A stretch of 64,000 bases of DNA from an uncultured Gammaproteobacteria bacterium (GTDB lineage Bacteria; Patescibacteriota; Patescibacteriia; Patescibacteriales; GWE2-39-37), in NCBI GenBank assembly GCA_964443495.1, contig CAYUCS010000001.1:616468-680467 (forward strand), written 5' to 3'. Below are positions 24,433 through 33,520 of this stretch, in pieces (within the stretch, counting starts at the first letter, position 1; the number at the start of each line of letters is the position of its first letter). Below the pieces are notes generated by a model. The model was not told where the DNA came from. It searched no databases and saw only the letters and a program-made list of their open reading frames with translations. The translations under genes and the position numbers were made by a program.

Positions 24433-25713
24433 CTATTTTTTCTGAGGCTTTGTCAGCAACTCGATCGCCTTGTCCATTTGCGGATCCTTATTATTCTCGT
24501 AATCCTCGCTCTTCAAATCAACGATAACATCTGGAGTGATGCCCTTCTCGCTGATGTTAACCCCCTTGGGCGTGAGCCATTGCGCGATCGTCACCTTAAG
24601 TGATGATCCGTCCTTCAATTTATCAAGCACCTGGACGGAGCCCTTGCCGAAAGTCTGCTTGCCGACCAATTTCGCTACGCCATGATCCTGCAGGGCGCCG
24701 GAAACGATTTCAGAGGCCGAAGCGCTGCCCTGATTGACCAGGACGACAGTCGGGATGCCCTTAAGTCTAGCTAAGCCGGCGGCCGGATATTCATCATTCT
24801 TGCCGTCGCCGAATTTCTCGCTAACCACGACCGTTCCCTTATCAAGCCAATTGCCTGCCATGCTGACGGCGACATTGAGATACCCGCCGGGATTATTGCG
24901 CAAATCAAGGATGATGCCCTTCGGCTTCTTGGCCACGATGTCATCGACAGCTTGATTGAACAAGACTTCGGTATCATCGTTAAAGCTCGTGACGGTTATA
25001 GTATAGATTCCGTTCTTGCCCATCGAGGTCTTGACGCTCTTGATTACGATCAATCCCCGTGTGATCTTCACCTCTTTGACAGTATCTTCGCCATTATGAT
25101 TGATAGTCAGTGTCACGACCGTATCTTTCGGGCCGCGAATCTTGCTGACCGCCTCATCGACGTTCATGCCCAATGTCGTCGTTCCGTTAATCGCCAAGAT
25201 ACGGTCGCCAGCACGCAGGCCTGCCTTTTCTGCCGGAGAGTCGGGCAATGGAGCGATGATCAGCAAGCGCTCCTTCTTGATGCCGATCTCGGCACCGATG
25301 CCTTCGAAGGTTCCGGCCAAATCATCAGCAAAAACCTTGGACTCTTTCGGATCGAGAAAAACGGTGTACGGGTCGCCGGCAGCCGCCACCATTCCTCTGA
25401 TGGCACCATAAAACAAATCCTGTTCCTTGAGCGTGTCTTTCTTGACGTACTTCTGCTTCAAGGTGTCCCAGACGTCCCAAAAAAGCTGGAAATCTACGTT
25501 TCGTGCTTCGGATTCCGGAGTCTCATTGCCTATGCCCAGTATCTTCTCGATAACCTTGGCCTTGGATTGCTCCGAAGACAATATCTGGTCTTGCCGGACA
25601 TCTATCTTGCCAGCAACAAAACCGATCTGGAAAACGATTATGATCAGTACTAGGCTCAAAGTAATAAAAACTAGCCGCTTAACCGCTCCGCGGCCTTCTT
25701 GGTTATATTGCAT
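24433..25713 (-). CDS. ctpA: S41 family carboxyl-terminal processing protease
   Basis: 426 aa. N-terminal TM, PDZ segment, LDLRNNPGGYL, GSASASEIVSGAL and GKQTFGKGSVQ. Confidence 0.9.
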   Translation of the reverse strand: MQYNQEGRGAVKRLVFITLSLVLIIIVFQIGFVAGKIDVRQDQILSSEQSKAKVIEKILGIGNETPESEARNVDFQLFWDVWDTLKQKYVKKDTLKEQDLFYGAIRGMVAAAGDPYTVFLDPKESKVFADDLAGTFEGIGAEIGIKKERLLIIAPLPDSPAEKAGLRAGDRILAINGTTTLGMNVDEAVSKIRGPKDTVVTLTINHNGEDTVKEVKITRGLIVIKSVKTSMGKNGIYTITVTSFNDDTEVLFNQAVDDIVAKKPKGIILDLRNNPGGYLNVAVSMAGNWLDKGTVVVSEKFGDGKNDEYPAAGLARLKGIPTVVLVNQGSASASEIVSGALQDHGVAKLVGKQTFGKGSVQVLDKLKDGSSLKVTIAQWLTPKGVNISEKGITPDVIVDLKSEDYENNKDPQMDKAIELLTKPQKK

Positions 25714-25734
25714 ATGGTTTGATTATTTTTTTTC

Positions 25735-25763
25735 ATTATATCAACCATCTGTTTTTTGAGCAA
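25735..25763 (-). promoter_or_regulatory. sigma-70-type promoter of ctpA
   Basis: Minus strand reads TTGCTC-N17-TATAAT, 22 nt upstream of the ATG. Confidence 0.6.
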
Positions 25764-25773
25764 ACATCCAACC

Positions 25774-25800
25774 TTGAATTTAGGCTAAATTTGGTATAAA
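25774..25800 (+). promoter_or_regulatory. probable extended -10 promoter of murA
   Basis: TGgTATAAA at 25792-25800. TTGAAT at 25774 sits at a short 15-nt spacing. Confidence 0.4.
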
Positions 25801-25828
25801 ATAGTTAAGAATAATTAACAGTCAAAAT

Positions 25829-27088
25829 ATGTCAAAATATGTCATTGAGGGCGGCCATGAACTTAAGGGAGAAATCTCGGTCAAGGGCGCCAAAAACGCT
25901 GCTTTGAAGATAATCCCAGCAGCCCTGCTTTCGGCTGAGCCGCTAAAAATAACTAACCTTCCGCAAATAGAAGACGTGCGCCAAGCCCTGGATCTGATCA
26001 AGGATTTGGGGGCGCGAGTCGATATTGCCGATAGCGAATGCACCATCAGCATCCCGGAGGTGGCCACCAATGAACTCAAGCCGCAATTCGCCAACAAGCT
26101 CCGTGCCTCAATCGTCTTCGTCGGCCCGCTTCTGGCCCGCACCGGCGAGGTCCGCTTTCCTCATCCAGGCGGCTGCGTCATCGGTGCTGGCAAACGCCCA
26201 ATCGACCTTTTCCTCGAAGGCTTCGTTGAGTTTGGAGCCAAGCTGTCAGTCAAGGACGGCTACTACCACCTTGAAGCCGCACGTCTTAAGGGTTGCTCAT
26301 ATTTCTTCACTACAGTCAGTGTCACCGGCACTGAAACCCTGATGATGGCCGCCACCCTGGCTAAAGGGCGCACGACTCTCAAGAATTGCGCGTGCGAACC
26401 GGAAATAAAAGCCTTGGCCGATTATCTGAACGACCAAGGCGCCAAGATCCAAGGCGCCGGCACTCCAACCATGATCATCGATGGAGTGGACAAGCTTTCG
26501 GCCGGCGAATTCCGCATCATCCCTGACCGCATCGAAACCGGCACCTTCGCCATCCTGGCCGCCGCCTCCCAGTCCCACCTCAAGATTACCGACTGCATCC
26601 CGGAACATATTGAAATATTGCTGAGCATCTTTGAAAAGATCGGCGTCAAATTCAAGGCTGGCAACGACTTTTTGGAAGTTTTTCCCAGCCAGAAACTTAA
26701 GGCCTATAGCATCAAGACCCACGAATACCCCGGTTTTCCTACCGACCTGCAATCGCCATACACGGTCCTCGCCACGCAGACCAAGGGCAGTTCGATCATC
26801 CATGAAACGATTTATGACCGCCGCCTGCTTTTCACAGACATGCTCACGCAGATGGGTGCTGACATCATCATGTGCGACCCACACCGAGTTGTCGTCAATG
26901 GACCAACGCCATTGTCCGGGCGCAAGCTGACAAGCCCTGATTTGCGTGCCGGTATCGCCATGATTATTGCCGGGCTGATCGCCCAAGGCAAGACTGAAAT
27001 CGACAACATCTACCAAATCGAACGCGGATACGAGATGATAGATTCGCGCCTTCGCTCGCTCGGTGCGGCAATTAACAAAATCGAATAA
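25829..27088 (+). CDS. murA: UDP-N-acetylglucosamine 1-carboxyvinyltransferase
   Basis: 419 aa. EPSP-synthase-fold MurA sequence (KGEISVKGAKNAALKIIPAALL...). Confidence 0.93.
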   Translation: MSKYVIEGGHELKGEISVKGAKNAALKIIPAALLSAEPLKITNLPQIEDVRQALDLIKDLGARVDIADSECTISIPEVATNELKPQFANKLRASIVFVGPLLARTGEVRFPHPGGCVIGAGKRPIDLFLEGFVEFGAKLSVKDGYYHLEAARLKGCSYFFTTVSVTGTETLMMAATLAKGRTTLKNCACEPEIKALADYLNDQGAKIQGAGTPTMIIDGVDKLSAGEFRIIPDRIETGTFAILAAASQSHLKITDCIPEHIEILLSIFEKIGVKFKAGNDFLEVFPSQKLKAYSIKTHEYPGFPTDLQSPYTVLATQTKGSSIIHETIYDRRLLFTDMLTQMGADIIMCDPHRVVVNGPTPLSGRKLTSPDLRAGIAMIIAGLIAQGKTEIDNIYQIERGYEMIDSRLRSLGAAINKIE

Positions 27089-27093
27089 CAGAC

Positions 27094-28461
27094 ATGACAT
27101 TAGCCAAACGCCGGCTCCTCTACTTCATTTTTATCGGTGCCTTCTGCATCATTACGCCGTTAGTCATACTTTATGCTAACGGATACCAACTGAGCCTTAA
27201 CAAGAAAGCGCTGGTAAAAACCGGCATGCTTATCGTGGACAGCTACCCGCAAGGAGCGGAAATCAAGCTGGACCGCCAGTCACAGAGCAATTTCGTCAAC
27301 AAGCTTTTGAGCTTGAGCGACAAGACAGTCACTCCGGCAAAAATCAAGAATCTTATCCCGGGAGAATACACGGTCGAATTCAGCCTGCCTGGCTATTGGC
27401 CTTGGAAGAAAAAACTCCAGATAAAGCCTGGCGAATCGACATATGCCGAAGACGTCACCCTGTTCAAGCAAAGCTTGCCCAAACTCTTGTCCGCCGGGGA
27501 TAAAGCGGCTCTCCTGGCATCTCCAGATTCCGGCTTCCTGCTTTCAAGCGGAACATCTGGCGCCGAACTGTTCGATGCCTCAACCCAATCTTTGGTCGCC
27601 AGCTCGGCTGCCAGCAGCTCGCGGAGCGCCATGTGGTCAAGCGACGGCAAGCTGGCCCTTGTCGGAAACACCCTTATCAGCTTGGACCAGTCCGCGTCTG
27701 CAATCAACATCGAGAAAACTTTAGGTAAGAATATCCTTAATGCCAAATGGTCTGCTTCCAACGGAACAATTCTCTATTATCAGATCGGCAGGCAGGTTTT
27801 CCAGTACGATATCAGCAAGCAGGAAAGCTCGACTCTGTTTTCCGAAGCGGCTATCCCGCCAGCACTCAAGGGCTTGCCGCTTTCGGACTTTGTCCAAGCG
27901 GACAACAAGCTCTACTTAGCTTTCTACAAGCAGGCCAAATCCATCGTCCTCCTTTACGACCTATCTAGCGGCTCGGCTGTCAGAGAAATATCAATACCCA
28001 GCTCCAAAGATGTGGCTTTTGTCGATTACGGCCAGAATTACGTCAACTTGCTGGACAAACCGGTCGGCAACTTGCATTTGATAAACTTTGACGGCTACTA
28101 CCCCTTAGAGGATACTATTGCGAATATTTCCGGAGGCTACTGGGTTTCGAAAGACCGCTTGCTCGGCTGGAACGACTCGGAAATATTCATCTACGAGAAG
28201 AACATCAAGCAGAAGAACCTCTTGACCCGCGTTGCCCAACCCATCCGCCAAGCATTATGGCACTTGAGCAATAATTACATCATCTACGCGACCGACCGCG
28301 AAATCACCAGCTTCGAACTTGATGACCGCGACCGGCATAACACCATCACCTTGGCAGATGGAGCCGACATCAAAGGCATTGCCGTCAACAAGAAGGCGAC
28401 TGCTCTTTACGTCATCGGCAAGCTTCAAGGCCAAACAGGACTATACTCTATCGATCTATAA
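27094..28461 (+). CDS. PEGA domain membrane protein with large extracytoplasmic C-terminal domain
   Basis: 455 aa. N-terminal TM, then the PEGA-like segment MLIVDSYPQGAEIKLD...PGEYTVEFSLPGYWPW. Confidence 0.65.
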   Translation: MTLAKRRLLYFIFIGAFCIITPLVILYANGYQLSLNKKALVKTGMLIVDSYPQGAEIKLDRQSQSNFVNKLLSLSDKTVTPAKIKNLIPGEYTVEFSLPGYWPWKKKLQIKPGESTYAEDVTLFKQSLPKLLSAGDKAALLASPDSGFLLSSGTSGAELFDASTQSLVASSAASSSRSAMWSSDGKLALVGNTLISLDQSASAINIEKTLGKNILNAKWSASNGTILYYQIGRQVFQYDISKQESSTLFSEAAIPPALKGLPLSDFVQADNKLYLAFYKQAKSIVLLYDLSSGSAVREISIPSSKDVAFVDYGQNYVNLLDKPVGNLHLINFDGYYPLEDTIANISGGYWVSKDRLLGWNDSEIFIYEKNIKQKNLLTRVAQPIRQALWHLSNNYIIYATDREITSFELDDRDRHNTITLADGADIKGIAVNKKATALYVIGKLQGQTGLYSIDL

Positions 28462-28467
28462 ACATAT

Positions 28468-28497
28468 AAAAAATACGCCCGCTCGGGCGTATTTTTT
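28468..28497. terminator. bidirectional rho-independent terminator
   Basis: AAAAAA-TACGCCC-GCTC-GGGCGTA-TTTTTT. Confidence 0.85.
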
Positions 28498-28502
28498 ATA
28501 TG

Positions 28503-29366
28503 TTATTTTTCCAACAGCTGCTTCGCGAACTTCCTCACATCTTTGCCGATATCCTTGCGATCGAAGGCGTATTTCATGATGGTCGTAATATAGTTCAGCG
28601 GGTCGCCCGTGGTCAGCCATTCGCCATCCTCGACGGTTTTGGCCATGAACTTACCGCCATTCTTGACATAAGTCCTGATTGCGTCCACGATCCAAAGCTC
28701 GTTACCCTTGCCCAGAGCCGTCCTTTTGAGAATATCGATAATTTCCTGATTAAGGACCATGCGTCCGAAATCGGCCAGCCGTGAAGGCGCTTCCTCGATA
28801 GATGGCTTCTCGACGATGTCCTCGATTTCCATAGACTTGCCTCTCAATTTGACGATGCCATAACGATTGACCTGGCTCTTTGGAACCTCCTGCACCGCGA
28901 TGATCGGGTTGCCGTGCTTCTCGTAATCCTTGACCATCTGCTTGGTGAATGAAACCTTGGACTTCACCAAGTCGTCGCCGAAGCAGAAGACGAACGGTTC
29001 ATCTTCGACCAAGCTGGCCGCTGAAAGTATCGGCGTACCGTTGCCATAGGGCCCTTTTTGCCGTACGTAAATGAAGTTCGCCATATCGGCTATCTTTTTG
29101 ACCTCGTCCAAAAGGTGCTCTTTGCCGGCCTGCTTCAGCTCATGGGTCAGGGCCCAGTTATAATCGAAATGATCTTCCAGCGGCTTCTTGTCCCACTTGG
29201 TCACCAATATGATATCTTGGATGCCGGCTTCAACAAGCTCTTCGACTAGCAATTGGATGATCGGCTTGTCGACGATCGGCAGCATTTCTTTGGGCATCGA
29301 CTTTGTGGCTGGCAGCAAGCGCGTGCCCGAGCCGGCGACCGCCACGATGGCTTTCTTGATTTTCAT
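28503..29366 (-). CDS. galU: UTP--glucose-1-phosphate uridylyltransferase
   Basis: 287 aa. KAIVAVAGSGTRLLPATKSMPKEMLPIVDKPIIQ. Confidence 0.88.
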   Translation of the reverse strand: MKIKKAIVAVAGSGTRLLPATKSMPKEMLPIVDKPIIQLLVEELVEAGIQDIILVTKWDKKPLEDHFDYNWALTHELKQAGKEHLLDEVKKIADMANFIYVRQKGPYGNGTPILSAASLVEDEPFVFCFGDDLVKSKVSFTKQMVKDYEKHGNPIIAVQEVPKSQVNRYGIVKLRGKSMEIEDIVEKPSIEEAPSRLADFGRMVLNQEIIDILKRTALGKGNELWIVDAIRTYVKNGGKFMAKTVEDGEWLTTGDPLNYITTIMKYAFDRKDIGKDVRKFAKQLLEK

Positions 29367-29372
29367 AGATTT

Positions 29373-30176
29373 TTATTTAAATTTCCATTTGATGGAATAC
29401 TTGATCAGTGAATAAAGATGGACTCGCGACATCTTGTTGGTAAACAAAGCGACAAACCAATGCCTCTTGGCGCTTGCTCGCCCATGATGATGAACGACGC
29501 GGGCGGACGGCAAATAGACGACCTTGTGCCCGGCGTTATTGATCCTGCGGCAAAGGTCGGTATCTTCGAAATACATGAAAAAGCGTTCATCGAACAGGCC
29601 GACTTGGTCTAAGACGCTCTTCCGAATCAAGAGACAGGAACCCATGATCCAATCGACGGCCTGCGCCTTGGTCAGATCAAGATTTTTCATCAGGTAATAA
29701 TCCAGATAATCTTTAGCGAAGCCGCCGACAAAGGTCCGGCGGACCAACGGCAAGACCAGGTTGGGATAGCGGTAACAGGAATCCTGCGGCGTGCCGTCAG
29801 GATAAACCAGCTCCGGGCCGACAAGACCGACGCCAGGATTATCGCGCAAATAGCCGAGCATCGTCCTGATCGCATCTGGCTTGACCTCGGTGTCAGGATT
29901 GAGAATAAGCACGAATTCGCCTGTCGCGCGCCTGATGCCGACGTTATTGCCCGACCCCATGCCGACATTGGCAGGGTTCTTAATAAAGATCAAGCCATCG
30001 ATTATGGTCCGGGCCTCATACTCTACTGATTCGGACGAATTATTGTCAACCAGGATTACTTCCTTGGCCAGTCCGTCAAAATCAGCCCTGCTCAAGGACG
30101 CCAAACAGGCTAAGGTCTTTTCCTTAGTATTATAATTCACGATTATAATGCTTAAATCCATCATGCTACCAGACAA
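29373..30176 (-). CDS. glycosyltransferase family 2
   Basis: 267 aa. LSIIIVNYNTKEKTLACL...VDNNSSE...NVGMGSGNNVG...LNPDT. Confidence 0.85.
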   Translation of the reverse strand: MSGSMMDLSIIIVNYNTKEKTLACLASLSRADFDGLAKEVILVDNNSSESVEYEARTIIDGLIFIKNPANVGMGSGNNVGIRRATGEFVLILNPDTEVKPDAIRTMLGYLRDNPGVGLVGPELVYPDGTPQDSCYRYPNLVLPLVRRTFVGGFAKDYLDYYLMKNLDLTKAQAVDWIMGSCLLIRKSVLDQVGLFDERFFMYFEDTDLCRRINNAGHKVVYLPSARVVHHHGRASAKRHWFVALFTNKMSRVHLYSLIKYSIKWKFK

Positions 30177-31227
30177 TTAAATGCTTGACTGCTCGCCAGT
30201 AAGCAGTAAAGACGATATTTGCGATCCTCAGCGGCAGCGACTCCAACTCCTGGAATTCTATCTTCGAAGCCAGCATTTTAATTATCTCGCGGTCAGGCAC
30301 TTTCCGCAAGCGTCCGACTGCGCGACGGCCGGCGATTATATGCTTCCAACAGCGAGGCGACAAGAAGTAACCATAGACTCGCAGCTTTTCCTTGAACCAG
30401 CCGCCCTTGATGGCAAAAAGCACTTGCCCAGCTTCCATTACCAGCATAGCCGGCAAAATCAGCATGATCGTAGGCAGCTTGTAGTTCATAAAAGCGACAA
30501 CCAAGCGATTGCGATCCATCCAATAATATTTGCTGATACTTCGGCTGAATTCGTATTTATGGAATACCGTTGCGCGCGGAGCTAGAACGCAGCTGTAACC
30601 AGCCAGCCATAAGCGCCAGCCGAGATCCTGGTCCTCATTATACATCCATAACTCCTCGTCGAATAAGCCGACTGAGCGCAAGGCCTCGGCGGCAAACATC
30701 ACCCCTGCGCCCGATGGATAAAAAATCGCTTTACTTTCCAATTCGCCATAATCTATCTGACTGCCATCAGCCGCGTATCCCTCGCAAAAGCCGAAGCCCA
30801 TGAAGTGGGTTGCATTGCCCAAGCTGTTCACCTTGTTCTTTTCGGGCCAAAGCATCAATCGTGCTTGGACTGCGCCGATTGCCTGGCTGCGCTCAGCCGT
30901 AGCGACCAAGTTGGCGACAGCATCCGGATCGGCAATAGTATCCATATTTAACAGCAGCAAATAATCGAATCCTTGATCAAGAGCTCTGCGCATGGCAACA
31001 TTATTGCCCTTGGCAAAACCGGCATTTTCGGCATTTCTGATGATTTCCGCCTCTGGTGCCAATGATTTCAGATATTCAAAACTAGCCTCGCTCGTTTCAT
31101 TGTCAACTAAAAAAAGCTTGGACTCGCCTGTCCAATTCTGTTCCCTGACGCCCTTGAGGCAGTCGGGCAAATATTTTTTGGCATAATCGCGCCAATTGGG
31201 GCTGATTATGATTGCTACCTTTGCCAT
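30166..31227 (-). CDS. glycosyltransferase family 2
   Basis: 353 aa. VAIIISPNWRDY...LVDNETSE...NAGFAKGNN...LLNMDT, and C-terminal TM helices. Confidence 0.8.
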   Translation of the reverse strand: MAKVAIIISPNWRDYAKKYLPDCLKGVREQNWTGESKLFLVDNETSEASFEYLKSLAPEAEIIRNAENAGFAKGNNVAMRRALDQGFDYLLLLNMDTIADPDAVANLVATAERSQAIGAVQARLMLWPEKNKVNSLGNATHFMGFGFCEGYAADGSQIDYGELESKAIFYPSGAGVMFAAEALRSVGLFDEELWMYNEDQDLGWRLWLAGYSCVLAPRATVFHKYEFSRSISKYYWMDRNRLVVAFMNYKLPTIMLILPAMLVMEAGQVLFAIKGGWFKEKLRVYGYFLSPRCWKHIIAGRRAVGRLRKVPDREIIKMLASKIEFQELESLPLRIANIVFTAYWRAVKHLIVW

Positions 31228-31282
31228 ATCCGCTCTAATTCAAGATATATTTTAGCTTATTTTAGATAATAAATCAATATGC

Positions 31283-31945
31283 CTAACGGACATTTCCCAG
31301 TCCGCACGCCCCATCCGCCCAAAGTCCTCGCCCCTGACTCTTGGCATCGGCCTGCGCTGCCCTGAATTCCGCCTGATATTGATAAGGGGTGTCATAAGTA
31401 TATTCATAGGCATAACCCCGCTTGATTATCTCCAGATTATAAAAAAAACCTTCCTTGGTGCGGACATACCTCAACAATCGTCCGTATTTATCCTTGTCGG
31501 ACTGAGTCGGGTCGCTCTCCAGCTCGACCTCCTCGCCCGAGAGGAACTCCACAGCCTTGGCCGAAGCTTCTTTGCCGAAACACTCGACCGGACGTCTGGG
31601 ATCGACAGTTTCCGGAGTGTTGATGCCGATTAGTCTCAAGCGTTCAGCCTTGCCATCAATTTCCACGTCAATCGTGTCGCCATCGACGATTTTGAGTACT
31701 TTGTAAAATATTTTCTTCACCTCGATCGGAGCCGTTTCGCCAACTGGTTCAGGTTCAACTGGCACCAATTCCGCTTCTTCATTGATAGATTTAACCCGCT
31801 GGTTGTTATACTCCGTAATCGTCTTGCCGTCCTTCAAGGCGCCTACCAAGGTTTCGCTATATGTCTTGGCCGGCTTTCCTTCGATTTGCGATCCGCAAGC
31901 CGTCAGCAATAACAACAAAAAAGCCAACAAGGATATCCTTTTCAT
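31283..31945 (-). CDS. secreted thermonuclease (SNase) family lipoprotein
   Basis: 220 aa. Lipobox LLLLTAC/GS, then VLKIVDGDTIDV...RLIGINTPE...YGRLLRYV. Confidence 0.88.
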   Translation of the reverse strand: MKRISLLAFLLLLLTACGSQIEGKPAKTYSETLVGALKDGKTITEYNNQRVKSINEEAELVPVEPEPVGETAPIEVKKIFYKVLKIVDGDTIDVEIDGKAERLRLIGINTPETVDPRRPVECFGKEASAKAVEFLSGEEVELESDPTQSDKDKYGRLLRYVRTKEGFFYNLEIIKRGYAYEYTYDTPYQYQAEFRAAQADAKSQGRGLWADGACGLGNVR

Positions 31946-31948
31946 AGT

Positions 31949-31977
31949 TTTACAAAAAATAGCTAAAATTATATAAT
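31949..31977 (+). promoter_or_regulatory. sigma-70-type promoter of the 32022 gene
   Basis: TTTACA-N17-TATAAT. Confidence 0.55.
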
Positions 31978-32021
31978 ATCAATAAGTTTATTTTACTTCA
32001 TTAAACCATAATGCTCAACAC

Positions 32022-33509
32022 ATGAAAAAACACCTTCTAGAAATCACTGTCTTCATCAGCGGTGCGGTAGTCATGATTTTCGAGTTGGCCGGATCCAGGA
32101 TTCTGGCGCCATACCTCGGCACTTCCCTATATGTTTGGACTTCGATTATCGGCGTAATTCTTGGCAGCTTGAGCGTCGGTTACTGGCTGGGCGGCAAATA
32201 CGCTGACAAGAACCCTAGCATGAAACAGCTTTCGATCATCATATTCTTTACCGGACTATGCATCGGCTTAACCGGCATGCTCAAAGACCCGCTCTTGACC
32301 ATTGCCATACCGCTGATGCGCGGCCATGTTGCTTTTTTCGCCATCCTTTCATCTTTGATACTTTTTGCCCCTGCCAGCATCCTATCGGGGCTAGTCTCTC
32401 CATACGCCGTCAGGTTAAAAATCGACAGCGTCGGCAATTCGGGCAAGACCGTCGGCAATCTTTATGCGATTTCGACTATCGGCAGCATTGCCGGAACTTT
32501 CTTCGCCGGCTTCTTCCTTATCCCGACCTTCGGCACCAGCAATATCGTCTTTGCCTTGGCCATAACTATGGCCATGCTTTCGCTGCTTATCTATCGGCAT
32601 GATTTTACCGCGCAGAAATCTACGGCCATTATCGCCTTCTTAATCCTGACCTTGATACCGACGCCGCTGATCAAACCGTACACCAGGGCCGACATCATCG
32701 ATATCGACACGCAATATAATCGTCTCTGGCTGCAGGAGGTGACCGACGAAAAGACAGGCAAGCCGATATTGATAATGCAGACTGACTCCAGGGGCGCTCA
32801 ATCCGGGCGCTTTCTTGATTCAAACGAGCCCGTATTCGAATACATGAAATATTACCAGCTTGCCGAGTATTTCAACCCTTCCTTTTCCAAGTCCCTCATG
32901 CTTGGCGGCGCGGCCTACACTTTCCCCTCATATTATCTCGATCATTACCCTGAATCGACAATCGATGTGGTAGAGATCGACCCTGGCATGACAGAGGTTG
33001 CCAAAAAACACTTCAAGCTGGACGACAAGAATCCCCGGCTCCGCATCATCCACCAAGATGCCCGCATTTTCATGAATAATGCCAAGGAAAAATATGACGT
33101 CATTTTCAGCGATGTCTTCGGCTCAACGAATATTCCGCACCAAATGACAACCTTGGAGACTGCCAAAAAGATGAGCTCGATCCTAAACGACGATGGCGTG
33201 GCCCTGCTCAACGTCATCTCCGGGATAGAAGGCAAGCGAGGAATGTTTCTCCGGGCTGAAATCGAAACCTTCAAACAGGTCTTTCCCCAGGTTTACCTTC
33301 TGCCGGTCCAACACCCGGATGACGGCGAAATCATGCAGAATGTCATCTTGGTCGCCTCCAAGAGGACCGCACCATTCAGCTTCAAGTCCGATGACACCCA
33401 AACCCAGAAGCTTTTAGACACAAAATGGCAAAAGCCTATCGATAACGATATGCCGGTCCTGACTGACGACTTTTCACCGGTCGAATTCTACCACCAACAA
33501 GCTTTATAA
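32022..33509 (+). CDS. membrane-fused spermidine/spermine synthase-like methyltransferase-fold protein
   Basis: 495 aa. About 7 N-terminal TM helices, then LMLGGAAYTFPSYY, VEIDPGMTEVAKKHF and DVIFSDVF. Confidence 0.75.
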   Translation: MKKHLLEITVFISGAVVMIFELAGSRILAPYLGTSLYVWTSIIGVILGSLSVGYWLGGKYADKNPSMKQLSIIIFFTGLCIGLTGMLKDPLLTIAIPLMRGHVAFFAILSSLILFAPASILSGLVSPYAVRLKIDSVGNSGKTVGNLYAISTIGSIAGTFFAGFFLIPTFGTSNIVFALAITMAMLSLLIYRHDFTAQKSTAIIAFLILTLIPTPLIKPYTRADIIDIDTQYNRLWLQEVTDEKTGKPILIMQTDSRGAQSGRFLDSNEPVFEYMKYYQLAEYFNPSFSKSLMLGGAAYTFPSYYLDHYPESTIDVVEIDPGMTEVAKKHFKLDDKNPRLRIIHQDARIFMNNAKEKYDVIFSDVFGSTNIPHQMTTLETAKKMSSILNDDGVALLNVISGIEGKRGMFLRAEIETFKQVFPQVYLLPVQHPDDGEIMQNVILVASKRTAPFSFKSDDTQTQKLLDTKWQKPIDNDMPVLTDDFSPVEFYHQQAL

Positions 33510-33520
33510 ATACTAAATGC

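Noticed and set aside
25821-25843. Tandem direct repeat GTCAAAATAT x2.3 spanning the murA start codon.
   Set aside because: It is only 10 bp per unit and the second ATG is out of frame. It is most simply a small duplication with no evident function.
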